Shown piece by piece: positions 1 to 13,833 of a stretch of DNA of 64,000 bases. The notes beneath the pieces are model-generated. The model saw only the letters and a program-made list of their open reading frames with translations, had not been told where the DNA came from and did no database searches. The position numbers and the translations under genes were made by a program. Position 1 is the stretch's first letter. The number at the start of each line of letters is the position of its first letter. This DNA is from Octopus vulgaris (Eukaryota): assembly GCA_951406725.2 (NCBI GenBank), contig OX597820.1, positions 73,904,001-73,968,000 of the forward strand. Direction: 5' to 3'.

Positions 1-580
1 CATTACTTCAGGGAGTGACGACCCTGCCTAATACAAGTCTCGGCCTCAGCTGGCTCCGGCTGACAGTACCCGGTATGGGCCCCTATCCAGAGTTACGGAA
101 AGGAGACAACCTTCAAAGAAATCCGGAGTGGAGCCCCGTAGGCGGTTTAGTGTTCGACTCGATACTCTTCCGGCAGCTCCTGCAACCAGGCTGGTGCCAA
201 ACGTAATGCTCTGCACTCCTTTAAACTATGTCAGCAAGGTTGAGAGGGGAATCCTGACGATTGGGCTACCCAGGATTTTCTTACATCTAGCCCAGGCCTG
301 TGCAAAACTGGAGTGGAAACTGGAGAGGACAGGAAATGTAAAAACCAGACTGGATTAGTTTATGCGCAACTCCATTGTCTCCCGAGACAAAAGGATGCCA
401 ACAACAACCTTGATACTGTGTGGACTAAGATCTCCGATGACAGGCCACTGGTGTTTATAGAGTGTTAAACACTTTCGGTATGCAAATTAGGGACTCCTTC
501 ATAGAGTAACTGGTGCATTTGTTGAGTATATAAACAGTTTGGCTGCTTGTTTCTCTGGAGACTGTCAGAAGGATGTGGAC

Positions 581-622
581 GTCTGTGATGAGAATCCAAT
601 AAGGTTCGAAAATCGATTAAGG
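581..622 (+). ncRNA. Minimal type I hammerhead-like motif, degenerate at position 3 (C3->G)
   Basis: gtct-GTGATGA-GAATC caataa GGTTC-GAAA-ATCGAT-TA-agg. Stem II pairs, stem III is palindromic (AATCGATT), cleavage triplet UUA, short stem I. Confidence 0.5.
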
Positions 623-684
623 TTGTTCATCCGTTTTTTTTTCAGAGAAGTGGCTAAAATTTGCCCTGTTTATAATTATACCAT

Positions 685-717
<33 letters not shown>

Positions 718-2004
718 TACTTACAAGTATAAATATACATACTTACAAGTATATTTGCATATATGTATGTACGTATAGGTGTGTATGTTTATGTGTGTGT
801 TTGTTCCCACACCGATTGACAACTGGTGTTGCTTTGTTAGCAAAAGAGGCCGATAGAATAAATGCCTGACTATAAAATGTACTGGGGTTGATTTGTGAGA
901 CTAAACCCTTCAAAGCGGTGCTCCAGCAAGGTTGCGGTCCCTTGACTGAAACAATTAAAATATAAAAGATACTATCTTAGATTGTTCAATGTATCTTTTA
1001 TTTTCTTAGATGACAAAAAAAAAAATTTTTAAGGGGAAATTTAGCTGCTATTTTTATCCCGTCGAGCAGCCATGTATCAGCTATTTCGTTCAACTGTGAA
1101 GGATTTGTTTATTAATGTCGAACAGCTGCATGGCCACAAGTGCAGACATGTACATTCTGTATTTTCTTTTCCTGAGGCTACATTGTCTCACATGTCCTCC
1201 GTAGGACAGTCTACCGTGTGTGCACAGTTTGTAGCTAATTGCTGTGGTTTCGTCCAGTTTACGTTGAGGTTTTGTGTAGCTTATAGATACGTGCTGTTGC
1301 AAAGACAGCAACCAATCGACCATATTTTCGTGTCCCACGATAAAAAGAAAGAAATCTACCCATACCCCTATATGGTGTTTCCAGAACACTGGAGAAACTA
1401 AATAAATATCGTAGGTTGGGCTCCGAGACCAAAGGATTATAGAACAGAAAATTAAGAGCTTCCAATTGTTTTTGAAACTCACACATAGCTCCACACACAC
1501 ACACACACACGCACAAAAAAACGAAAAATTCATTTGATGTATTTAGTTGCTCCCAAGTAAAACTGCGTAATAAACAGTTGATAAATATGGCGCTCTTGGT
1601 AACTGTGACTATACTGAGAAAGTTTATATTTAAAAAAAAAGATAAAGTTTAAGTCACATGTTTAGATTAGTTACTCTCGGGAAAGACAGGTTTAGAGGCC
1701 ATGGAATGAGAATAATAGCATTAACAGCATCTCTACCACAACCATAACCACCACCACCACCATCACTCCTCCTCCTCCTCCTCCTACTACTACTACTACT
1801 AATAATAATAATGATTCCAAATGTTGCCACAAGGGCAGCAATTTTTGGGGAGGGGATGAGTCGATTACATCGAACCAGTATTCAACTGGTACTTATTTTA
1901 TCAAGCCCGGAAGGATGAAAGGTAAAATCGACCTCGGTGGAATTTGAACTCAGAACGCAGCAGCAAACGAAATACTAAGCATTTCACCAGGCTTAAAACC
2001 GATT

Positions 2005-2400
2005 CTTTTCTACTCTAGGTACAAAGCCCGAAATTTTGGGGGAAGGGGCCAGTCGATTAGATCGACCCCAGTTCGCAACTGGTACTTAATTTATCGACCC
2101 CGAAAGGATGAAAGGCAAAGTCGACCTCGGCGGAATTTGAACTCAGAATATATAGACAGACGAAATACCTATTTCTTTACTACCCATAAGGGGCAAAACA
2201 TAGAAGACAAACAAGGACAGACAAACGGATTAAGTCGATTATATCGACCCCAGTGTGTAACTGGTATTTAATTTATCGACCCCGAAAGGATGAAAGGCAA
2301 AGTCGACCTCGGCGGAATTTGAACTCAGAACGTAACGGCAGACGAAATACGGCTACGCATTTCGCCCGGCGTGCTAACGTTTCTGCCAGCTCGCCGCCTT
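2005..2400 (-). mobile_element. tRNA-derived SINE family A, two nested/tandem copies (a further partial copy lies at ~1815-1990)
   Basis: Reverse complement of head aaggcggcgagctggcagaaacgttagc, B-box gagttcaaattc, body cctttcatcctttcggggtcgataaa and tail ...aaagaaata. Matches many other copies in the window. Confidence 0.85.
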
Positions 2401-2636
2401 AACATCAATAATGATAATCCAAGTACCAAATTTGCGCAAAGAGAGACCTTGTGAGACTTCTGACAACTGGTTGCCGTCCGCTCTCACAGAATCAACCAGA
2501 GGAAACAAGACCGAGAAACTCTGAGAAGTAAAATAATAATAATAATAATTGCTAGTCCTTTTCTTTCGCTGTAAAGATCATGTGAAATGGTTGAAGTAAC
2601 AAATACCTCGCTTTCTCATATTTATCTTCACTCATG

Positions 2637-2918
<282 letters not shown>

Positions 2919-3243
2919 TTATATGCTGTTGCTGCTACAACCACAGAATAGCTCATATTACCAACGGTTCTAGATTATGTAAACGAGCGGGGAGTTTGTC
3001 GTCCTACACATGTTTTAATGTATACATATGCAGACCGCCCAAGTTTCAGCGCTGTATAAAATATGTTGTAAAGATCAAGATGATCATGTCATTAGGTAGG
3101 TGAGTGAATTTATTTATTTGAATACATAACGGCAAGATATCTGATGAATTATAATAAAAATCCTAAGCAGCTGCGAAGTCATTAATTTCTTAATATACTG
3201 AAATCAAAATCTCCATAACACAGACAAACGTTTGTTACACACT

Positions 3244-3627
3244 GTGTGGAAGCACTCCGTCGGTAACGACGATGAGGGTTCCGGTTGATCCGATCAACGG
3301 AACAGCCTGCTCGTGAAATTAACGTGTAAGTGGCTGAGCACTCCACAGACACGTGTACCCTTAACGTAGTTCTCGGGGATATTCAGCGTGACAGAGAGAG
3401 TGACAAGGCCGGCCCTTTGAAATACAGGTACATCAGAAACAGGAAGTAAGAGTGAGAGAAAGTTGTGGTGAAAGAGTACAGCAGGGATCACCACCATCCC
3501 TGCCGGAGCCTCGTGGAGCTTTAGGTGTTTTCGCTCAATAAACACTCACAACGCCCGGTCTGGGAATCGAAACCGCGATCCTATGACCGCGAGTCCGCTG
3601 CCCTAATCACTGGGCCATTGCGCCTCC
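3244..3627 (-). mobile_element. tRNA-derived SINE family B
   Basis: Near-identical reverse complement of 23924-24313, with tRNA-like head ggaggcgcaatggcccagtg. 11-bp TSD tgttacacact at 3233-3243 and 3628-3638. Confidence 0.88.
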
Positions 3628-3852
3628 TGTTACACACTCACACACACACGTGTATATATATATATCTATATATCTATATATATATATACAAAATCTAGAA
3701 GAATGACCACTAAAGCGGACAGCCTTTATGCTAAACATAGACGTCAAATCGCCATTACCACGAAGAATGTGTTCGCAAGAAAAATCTCAGCAAAAAAGCA
3801 AAATGTAAAAATAAGCAAGACAAATGAAAAATATACGAAATAAAAAACGATT

Positions 3853-3929
3853 ACCTATGTACCATTGGTTTCACTTGTTAGTATTTACGTATATAAACAC
3901 GTAAATATCTGCAAGATCGTCAGCATGGT
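3853..3929 (-). ncRNA. Type I hammerhead ribozyme with intact core and extended stem II
   Basis: Minus strand: acc-atg-CTGACGA-T-CTTG...tatttacgt...acgtaaata...CAAG-T-GAAA-CCAATGG-TA-cat-a-ggt. Stems I, II and III all pair; GUA triplet. Confidence 0.75.
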
Positions 3930-4017
3930 CTGTCGTTTACAAAACATAATTTCCAGAACTAGATACAGAACGCTCAACCGAAATCGAGCATGTATAAATC
4001 ATATATATATATATGCT

Positions 4018-4086
<69 letters not shown>

Positions 4087-4499
4087 AGTTTCTTAAGCGA
4101 TTCGGTCTTTTGTTGGGTTTCTGTGGGGCGTTCAATCTGCAAAGCTCTGGTTGGGCTTGGGGTTTGTTACTGCTTTAGCAAAGAGAAGGACAATAAATTA
4201 CACCATTGAAATAGCAGAGAAGGCCACTCGGTGGCTTTAGATAAAAAGGGAAGACCTATGGTTTACCGTTATTGGAATGCAAGTTAGGACTTGATCAACC
4301 TCGACTGGGTCGATAGGGTGAGGAACCTGATGTTGAAAGGCCCGAAACCCTCTAAGACCCAAGATATAATGATGTATCCTAGAGCATCCATGAGATGTGT
4401 CTTAGAACAAATTGCAGATATGGTTGCACACGAATTCTGAGAAGTGGATCACAATTATTTTCGGTGGCAACATTAGGTCATGTGGTATATTTTCTTTTG

Positions 4500-4730
4500 A
4501 GTTTGCATAGTTTCTGGGCGATAATTCCTCGTTTGTTTTCTGTTCATTATTAGTGTTTTTATTATGTATTCTTTGTCTCAAACAATCTGCTTTGATACTT
4601 TTCTTTGGTTTTGAAAATGTACCTTCGTAAAATAGCTAGATAGTTGGGGTCCAGGTTATTTTCTCTCCAAATTTTATTCGAGCAAATTTTCGTATGTTTT
4701 CTTTGGAGTGGTAGTGGCAGATTTGATTTT
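4500..4730 (-). pseudogene. Possible highly decayed Penelope-like GIY-YIG C-terminal fragment
   Basis: Minus-strand translation fragments (SATT...WRENNLDP...IL...EYII...NKRG) resemble the PLE endonuclease C-terminus. Lies 5' of the 3853-3929 ribozyme on the same strand. Confidence 0.3.
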
Positions 4731-4951
4731 TCCAGTTTCAGCTAATGAGCTGTGGCCATGCTGGGGCACCGCCATTTGGAGAGTATATTTTTTAATATTT
4801 TTCTTGGGCCCAAAGTCTTTTAAAACCAATTACCCGTATAAGTCACCGAGATCACAACATTTCTCCGAATGGAATGCTGATGCAGGGTTCGAAGCCAGAA
4901 TTTGAATGGGACAAGTTGATTAAATCGACTCCAGTACTTGACTGGTACTTT

Positions 4952-5368
4952 AAGGCGGCGAGCTGGCAGAAACGTTAGCACGACGGGCGAAATGCTTAAC
5001 GGTATTTCATCTGTCGTTACGTTCCGAGTTCAAATTCCGCCGAGGTCGACTTTGCCTTTCATCCTCTCGGGGTCGATAAATTAAGTACCAGTTACGCACT
5101 GGGGTCGATATAACCGACTTAATCCCTTTGTCTGTCCTTGTTTGTCTCCTCTATGTTTAGCCCCTTGTGGGTAATAAAGAAATAGGTATTTCGTCTGCCG
5201 TTACGTTCTAAGTTCAAATTCCGCCGAGGTCAACTTTGCTTTTCATCCTTTCGGGGTCGATTAAATAAGTACCAGTTACGCACTGGGGTCGATATAATCG
5301 ACTTAATCTGTTTGTCTGTCCTTGTTTGTCCCCTCTGTGTTTAGCCCCTTGTGGGTAGTAAAGAAATA
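4952..5368 (+). mobile_element. SINE family A dimer (second copy starts mid-head at ggtatttcgtctg)
   Basis: Full copy at 4952-5184, second copy at 5185-5368, followed again by agtatttcgtctgc. Confidence 0.88.
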
Positions 5369-7066
5369 AGTATTTCGTCTGCTGCAAGTACCCACCATCC
5401 AGGCCCCCAGACCCACAAGCATTTACAAATCCACTCTTAAGGTAGACATGCTACTTACTTTTGTTGAGAAGAACGGGTAATAAGATGGTAACAACAAGGT
5501 CCTTGAAAGCTTCTCTAAAAGTGGGTTTTGCGAAGTAACAGGATCCTGAAAATGAGACCTAACCGCTACTTTACGCGAACTTTCTAACGATTTTCTTAGT
5601 TTCCAAGAGTGTCATATTCAACAATTGCTCTGTGTAGTTTGTCTGGTTGTTCTGCCAAACTAATTATTAAATGTTTTTCTTTTATGGTACTGAATGTTCT
5701 AATAACAAATGGAAGTTCCTATCACGCTGTTCCACAAAATTTTGATCTCGAAATCCAACCCACGATATTTATTTATATTCTCAAGTTTCTGGGACCACCA
5801 TATTAACGAATAGACAGAGGCTTGTCTTTTTATTGTAGGTTACTATTTCTGGTCAATTGGGTGTTGTCATAAAAACTTTATTGATATTCATATGCAACAT
5901 GGAAATTATATCACTGACATGTTGAAGTGTTTATACCAGTATTTGATTTGTTAAAAAATAGTAAATAAATCTCCCTCAATTCATACCCTGCTGTCATATC
6001 GAAGGGAAGAAAACACCGGAATATTATAGTCTTAGATAAATTGTGGATGAACTAACGAAGGAATGGTCACGGCTTTGAACATAAGTTTGCTGAATCATAA
6101 TTCACTTATGTTCAAGTCTTTAATGCTTTCTGTTTGATAAAATAAAGGGCTGGAGATGAGGGTCGGTGATATCGCCTAAAACTTCGCCTAGAAATTTACT
6201 GGTTTTGAATCAATAAAGAGCAAGGAAAATTGCGTATGCTGTGTTCAAACCAGTACCGAGGAACTGGACGGTGAAAATATCCTCTAAAAGTTTGGTCTTT
6301 TGATGTATAAATATTGACTTCACATTTTTGAACAATGCTTGCAATTTCGGGTGAGGGGGGTATATCGATATCATCCACCCTAGTGCTGAACTGGTACCTA
6401 TTTTATCGACCCCGAAAGGATGAACGACAAAGCTGAACACAACAGGATTTGAACTCAGAACATGAAGACGGATGAAATGCCGCTAAGCATTTTGCCCGAC
6501 GAGGTAACGATTCTACCATAGACAAAGTGTCTGTGAGGCAATGGGCTTTGTGTGTCGTTGTGTTGTGTCTTTATGAATTGGCTGAATAGTCTTGGACAGG
6601 GAAGGATATTTGTGTGTGTAATAGTATCACAGTTCTAGAAATCTGTAATATTCATGAAATTAATTTGTAAAGCAGGCAAAAGACCACAATCTTGTTTTAG
6701 CTGGAAAGGGAATAGGTTAGTAATTGGGGGTATAATCAAATGGTCAATAGAATTAACTGAAATACTTACAAATTGTTTACTTTATTGATATTGAGAAGAA
6801 TGAAAGGCAAGAGCCATCATGGGTCTTTTTGAATTTATAATGTAAAAGGTCTTAAACTAAATACAGAAAATAACGTGTCTGTTGCTCTACTGATGCTGCC
6901 CATCAATTGCTGGTTCCTTAATATTGATTTCTAGCATAACATATAAGATATGAATTTAGAGGGAGAATATATTCTCTTATACCTAAAACGCCGCTGATCC
7001 ACGAACTAACAACACACACAGAGCGAAACTGCTAGGACATTCCGGACATTGACTGAGGATGTTCCG

Positions 7067-7100
<34 letters not shown>

Positions 7101-7804
7101 ACTACGTATGTATATGTGTGTGTATGAGTGTGTATTTGTCCCTCTAGCTGGTGTTTTTACATCCCGGTAACGCAACGGTTCGGCAAAAGGGGATCGATGG
7201 AATGAATACCAGACTTAAAAGGTAAATACTGGCGTAGATTTTTTTCTGCAAACCCTTCAAAATGATGATCCAGTATGGCCGCTATCTAATGATTGAGACC
7301 AGTGAAAGATACGAAAACGAAGAAGCACTTTACCCATTCGGCCAATCATGCTTGTTCTTCTCGATGTTAAGTAGATTTATAACCAATTAAAATAGCGTCA
7401 CAATTCTAGAATGCATAGAGTTGAAAGAAATAACATGACGAGGTTATATAGCAAAGCCGTGTCTTCTTAATTAGTGACAGGAAAAGCACATTTTTGCCTC
7501 ATCTCATCTTTTTTTTTTATTAAAGAAATTTCACTGCATTGGTGTTCAAATTGACACTGATTTTAGTTGCTTCTGTTGTCGAACTTTAGCTTACACAGGA
7601 TGTTGAAGGGTCGCATGCCTTTTAGAGGAAGTCATTAAAAATTGCGGATACTATTATTAAAACTTACTATGGTCAGCTGTCTATATATTAAATATAAGCA
7701 GTTAATGATAAGAGTGCGAGTGCGTGTGTGTGTGTGTGTGCATAGATACTTATAAATACACATACACGCACACACACACACACACATATGTGTCTGTGTG
7801 TGTG

Positions 7805-7853
<49 letters not shown>

Positions 7854-8276
7854 AGGGAGAGAGAAAGTGTGATATATTCATGCATAGAAATTTACAATTA
7901 CAAGCTATTAGCGGAATAATTAAATTGTGTAAAACATCCCAGAAGTTTAATTTGCGGTATATACACAAACACGTATTGACTTACAATCATATGCACACAT
8001 ACAAAATCTTAAACATACATATACATACACGCAATGACATATAAACATACAAACACATTGTGCATATGTATATGTGTGTGTCTGTGTATGTATATATATA
8101 TATATTTACGTATGTATGTTTATGTGTGTCTATTTATCTATCTATCTCCATATATATATCCATGTATATAACCATTACGTATTTTCCCTCGTTGGTGATG
8201 TCCTGTACTTAATGTGTATTTTAAAAATTTATAATCGAATGCCACGCAGTCTTGTCCACAGTAAGTTATTACATTT

Positions 8277-8310
<34 letters not shown>

Positions 8311-8377
8311 GACGGGCTTCTTTCAGTTTTCCATCTACCAAATCCACTCACAAGGCTTTGACCTCCCCGTCTCTCTT

Positions 8378-8428
<51 letters not shown>

Positions 8429-8505
8429 AGATGAATATGGTACTTAAGTCAGAGACACTAGAATTTTGTATGGTATTATCCATATAAATCCATGGGGTGA
8501 TTATA

Positions 8506-8886
8506 ATCAAAATAAGCAACAAGTATATCTTAGGTAATTTGGTACAATCGTTTCATGCTACTTCATTTTATTAAACACTGTAAGTATTACATCAGTTTTA
8601 AAATGTTGAGCAAACTTCAGCCATTTATAGAAGACTTCCATCAAACGGACAATACATATTCTTATTTCCATTTCGTTTGCCAACATTATAAAGAGGGTAG
8701 ATATAATTTTGGCAAACGAAATGAAAGTAAGAATATGTATTGTCCGTTTGATGGAAGACTTCTATAAATGGCTGAAGATTGCTCAACATTTTAAAACCGA
8801 TGTAATACTTACAGTGTTTAATAAAATGAAGTAGCATGAAACGGTTGTACCAAATTACCTAAGATATACTTGTTGCTTATTTTGAT
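8506..8886. repeat. ~180-bp-arm fold-back inverted repeat ending at (TA)n, with a hammerhead in each arm
   Basis: Left arm 8506-~8689 is the reverse complement of ~8702-8886 with few mismatches. The ORF track shows mirror ORFs 8555..8767+ and 8625..8837-. Confidence 0.95.
8769..8852 (+). ncRNA. Type I hammerhead with long stem II (mirror copy at 8540-8623 minus has A9->U)
   Basis: tgg-CTGAAGA-T-TGCT...cattttaaaac...tgtaa tac ttaca...gtttaataaaatg...AGCA-T-GAAA-C ggtt G-TA-cca. Confidence 0.6.
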
Positions 8887-10243
8887 ATATATATATATGT
8901 GTGTGTTTGTGCGTCTGTGTTTGACCCCAACCATCTCTTGACAACTGATGTTGATGTGTTTACGTCCCAGTTACATAGCGGTTCAGCAAAAGAGACCGAT
9001 AGAATAAGTACTAGGCTTACAAAGAATAAGTCCTGAGGTCGATTTGTTCGAATAAAGGTGGTGATCCAGCATGGCTGCAGTCAAATGACCGAGAAAAATA
9101 AAGAATAAAAAAATATATCTACAATATTATTCTCATTAAATTCCAATCCGACACGTGTTTCTGCTGGATAAGTGTCCTAGTGTCCTTAGTTATATATATA
9201 TATATGAGTTATAACCTTTTAATTTTTAAAAAATAAACAATTTCCTATTTTAGAAACTGATGAATAATTTTATATAAATAGGAAAAATAACCTTTATTTT
9301 AAGTATTTAAAAAAAAACATCACCCCCAACTGAAGTAATTTAACACCACTTTTAACCCAAATCATGCAAAATTCTAGCGGGGTTCATAATGCCTACTCAA
9401 GTTTTTACCAAACTTAGTGTGCTGACTTAAAGCAATGCAGAAGCAGTATGTCTCAAGCTTCAGCTTTTAAGTAGTTCGGGAGTTATAGAGTTTTTAAATT
9501 ATTACCACTTAGGCTCTACTTTAGGAGATATCCTCTCGCTCTCCTTTTTATTTCTGTAACGCTAAAGACTCTGACTATATTAACTGTTTTTCAGAATAGT
9601 GGGCTTATCCAACTAGAGTATCTAAAATAATGTCTCAAATTAGAAGTGCTTGTATCACTCAAAGAAACAAAAAAAAAATCTGGACGAAGAATCTCGTGCA
9701 ATTTCAAGACTCACATAGGAAAGAGCATTCTTTGGAAAACAACTGCAGGATACCAATGAAACTTCAAATTGTCGGTCGCTACCTGTTCCTTGGAGGTGCC
9801 AGCAAAGGAAGGAAAGAAAGAAGAAAGGAAATTTCGAAAGAAGTAACACACACATATATTTACATAAAGTTAAATCTATGCCCGGTCATAGATTGACGAA
9901 TTGTTTGGTTTCACATCCAAAAAGTGCTTAGCTTTGCAGACGACTCGTCAGTGCATCATGGATGCGAGACCATTGGTCATTCTATAACTGGACATATATT
10001 CAACTTGCACGTAAATATATTCCTGCTCTAATGTTTTAGAGTAGGCTTCTTTTTCGGATATATGAACTATTGACCAATATGCACACACATGCATATATAC
10101 ATGCATACATATAGATATATACTATTATACACATTTATACATACATGTGTCATACAGAAATTTCAGAAATTCATATCAACATATAAGTCTGTGTTTGTGT
10201 GTGTGTGCGTGATCTCTCGATCTCTCTCTCTACATAATACACT

Positions 10244-10298
<55 letters not shown>

Positions 10299-12282
10299 AT
10301 ATATGTATATATGTATGTATATATATATATGTATATATATATATAAATGTATATCTATCTATTAATGTGCGTGTGAGTGTGTGTATGCATATACGTGTAC
10401 ACACACACACACACACTTATACAAACACACACACACACACACACTTATACAAAACACACACACACACTTATACAAACACACACACACACACACATACGCA
10501 CTCTAGTACCACGAGTGTATATATACACATATGTGCAACCGTGATTTATGCAAATATACCATTTGCAGCCAGTTGCTGGTAACAGCTTCAGATTTTGCCC
10601 GTCATATTAAATTAAATAAATTTACATCACATGAAATATGGCGGCAGTAATGTTGGCTGGCGTTATTTGAATGGCCGCGCTGGCTAGAAAAATGTTGTAG
10701 ACAAGAACTATTCATGCATATGTATATCTTGCAATCAAACACACTGCGGTACTGTTCACCCGTACGTCTGCAATGTTGCTGTTGCTATGACTGCGTCAGT
10801 GTGTGTGTGTGTGTGTGTGTGTGTTTCAGATGTTATATTTGTTTTTATCGTTGTTGCTGTTGGTAGTGGTGGTGGTGGTGGTGGTGGTGGTTGTGATGGT
10901 GGCGGTGAAAGTACAAAGTTGGAGCGTGCTCACGTTGAGCGAATGTCTTCTGCGTAACTATTCTGTGAGACAACAGTAGCATTGGTGATGGTTGCAGTAG
11001 TGGTGGTGGTGTTTGTTGCAGTAGTAATGATTGTAGTCATAGTAGAAGTAGTAGTAGTATCAGCAGCAGTAGTAGTAGTAGAAGCGATTTCTTGATTAAC
11101 TAATTAGGTTTTATGCGATAAACGAACTTACAACCGATATTCTTCAAACCAATAGTAATAATAATAATAATAACAATAATAATAATAAGGATAACTAATA
11201 ACCCTTTCTACAATAGGCAAACGGCCTGGATGTTGTGGGGAGGGGGACAGTCGATCACATCGACCCCAGTACCAACTGGTACGTAATTTATTGACCCCGA
11301 AAGGATGAAAGTTGACCTCGGTGGAATTTGAACTCACTAATAGTTAATAATGGTAATAATAATTTCAAACTTTGGCACAAGGCCAGCAGTTTCCGAGATG
11401 AGATAAGTTAGTATCATCAATCCCAGTGCTCGACTGGGGTTGATGATATTTTATCGACTCTGAAATAATGAAAAGCAAAGTCGACTTCGGTGGAATTTGA
11501 ACTCAGAACGTAAAGACGAGTGAAATGCCGCTAAGAATTTAGTCCAGGGCGGTAACGATTCTGATATTTCCCCGACTTAATAACATGAATTATAACAAAA
11601 GCAAAGAAAAAAAAGTTTAAACAAGAAAAAATCCCCCTAAAATGGGGGGTGACTTTAGAGGGTTATTCATGAAAACTCCACATAACCATGGCCACCACTG
11701 ACCACTAGGGGTATGCTTTCTCCCTACCCTTTCCACTTAATCCACTAGCGTATACTGAGAGTAGTCCTTAAAATGTGAGACAAAAATGCTTGGTGGATTT
11801 CTTTCAACTCTTTATGTTCTGAGTTCAAATCTCACCGAAGTCAACTTGCTTTTCATCTTTCCAGGTCAATAAAATGAAGTACCAGTCAAGTAATCAGCTA
11901 ACTCCACCTTCCCAAAGTTATGGCCCTGTGCTTACGTCAGAAAGAATTATTACTAATCTAGCGGTACCATTGCATAACTGAGTACAGCTTTGTGTACTTA
12001 AGATACTGTATATTTCGTTGTATTTATGTTTATATAATATCAAATATATCCAACATCCTTGTTTCAAAACTTTTCCTCTTCCGCGATCCCGGCATGAACT
12101 TTCTTGTGACATGTAAGGTCATAAATGTCTATAAGTAATAACCAAATTTGACTCATCTCTGATCATATTAAACAAAATAAGATTATTAATAACAAACTAA
12201 GACTCAGAAAATATAAACAGTATAGATACAAGTTAGGTCTGCAGATAATCTTACTAAAGCGGAGAGTATAATATAATATGAT

Positions 12283-12318
<36 letters not shown>

Positions 12319-13522
12319 TATATCTTCTGTACGCTGGGTGTGTTTGTTTCGGTGCAGTAAATCAAGCTGAGGCTTTGATATTTGTCAGCGTTGTTCATAA
12401 GAGAAATTTTATGATCTTAATAGCTGAACAGAATAATTTTATCGTTATTGCCATTTTAAGATGTAAATTCAGACTCATGCATGTGGAAGAAAACGGCAGA
12501 TGAGCGACTGTTGCGCATTCAGACACCATAAGGAATTATGTATGCATTTTGGTTCAGAAATTAAAAAGTTTATTTGCTTGGTTTTGAAATTTCCCTCTGG
12601 TGACCTGAATTACACGATATTTCTGCATCTTCTTTTTAGGTCTCCATAAAAAGATGCTTTAGGTTTTCATTGCTGCAAATGCTTGGTGGGAAATAACTAC
12701 GAGACTATTCTCTCTCCCCACCCATACATATAAAATGCTCGACTACGTTCTTAAAGGAATTATTTACGCAGATATAATCCTCCTTTCATCCATCTTCTCT
12801 GCCCACTGTTCCGGAGTGGGTCGTGAGGATGGAATACTCAGGGCTCCACTTCCAAAGAGTCTTACCACAAACCACCGTCATTACACTTTCCGGCTGGATT
12901 CGCAATCGTGACCAATTGAAACCATGGATATTATCTAACCATCTGGTTCTTGATTATACCCCTAGGTATCCTGCCGATTATCTCTCCTTCAAGAATCCGT
13001 TTTGTGATACTTTCTGTGAGTGTGTGTGTGTGTGTGTGTGTGAGTGAGTGAGTGCGTCTGTATTTGTCGTACACACACTTTTTGACACCCGGTGTTGGTT
13101 TATTTACGTATACTGTAACTTAGTGATTCGGCCAAAGAAATCGACAGAATATATATCAGCGTTCAAAAAAAAAAAAAAAAAAAAAAACCAAAAAAACACA
13201 AAGGCAAAACAAATACTGGGGAAAATTCTATTCAACTAAAACACTACAACACTGTACCCCTATCATGCTCGATAATTGGCGCCCGATAATTGGTGCAAGT
13301 CAAAGGTAAAGATCTATATTTTAAATACGTTCTTCTGAAGTTTTGAAGGAGGTATAACGCCAAAACTTCCATTTTTCAGAAAACACGTATTTTTTTGTAA
13401 GTTTTTGTGTCGATCTTTTTGTTCTGCATTGTGAATGCAGTCATTACTTTGTCTTCCTGTATATCTTTGCTAATTACTTAACTTCCTGTTAATATAATAT
13501 AATGATTTGGAACAGCTTTTAT

Positions 13523-13833
13523 CAGTGGCGGACAGGGTCTAAACATATTGGTTGCCAAGAAGCTAAGTGGGCCCACCCGCAACTACAAGGGGGGCCACCT
13601 ACAACTACAATGCTATCATTTAATTTTTTTTTTGTTAAAAGTACTTTTTTTAACGGTCTACAAACACAGCCAGGCTGAAATAATTAATGCATTCTTCCAG
13701 GAGCGAATAAAAAATTCTCAAACTTGAGGGATGGGCCCCTTAGGTACTAAAATGGGCTCCCATATATGGATTCTAATGGCGCAGAGGACCACTTGCCATC
13801 GGGAAAGCTGGCAACGTGGCCAGTCCGCCACTG
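13523..13833 (+). mobile_element. hAT-type MITE
   Basis: TIRs cagtggcggac.gg / ccagtccgccactg and a perfect 8-bp TSD gcttttat. Second copy at 47327-47679. Confidence 0.85.

Noticed and set aside
1-410. GC-richer segment resembling a LINE 5' UTR, with short ORFs
   Set aside because: No recognisable protein motif or ribozyme fold could be established by eye.
7020-7066. CTGAGGA and upstream GAAAC next to (TA)n as a hammerhead
   Set aside because: Elements are in the wrong order or truncated, and the stems cannot be completed.
9890-9985. Hammerhead-like pieces on both strands (CTGACGA...GAAA on minus; gcatc/gatgc-gaga-ccattgg-tc on plus)
   Set aside because: Neither strand gives a complete core plus stems I and III.
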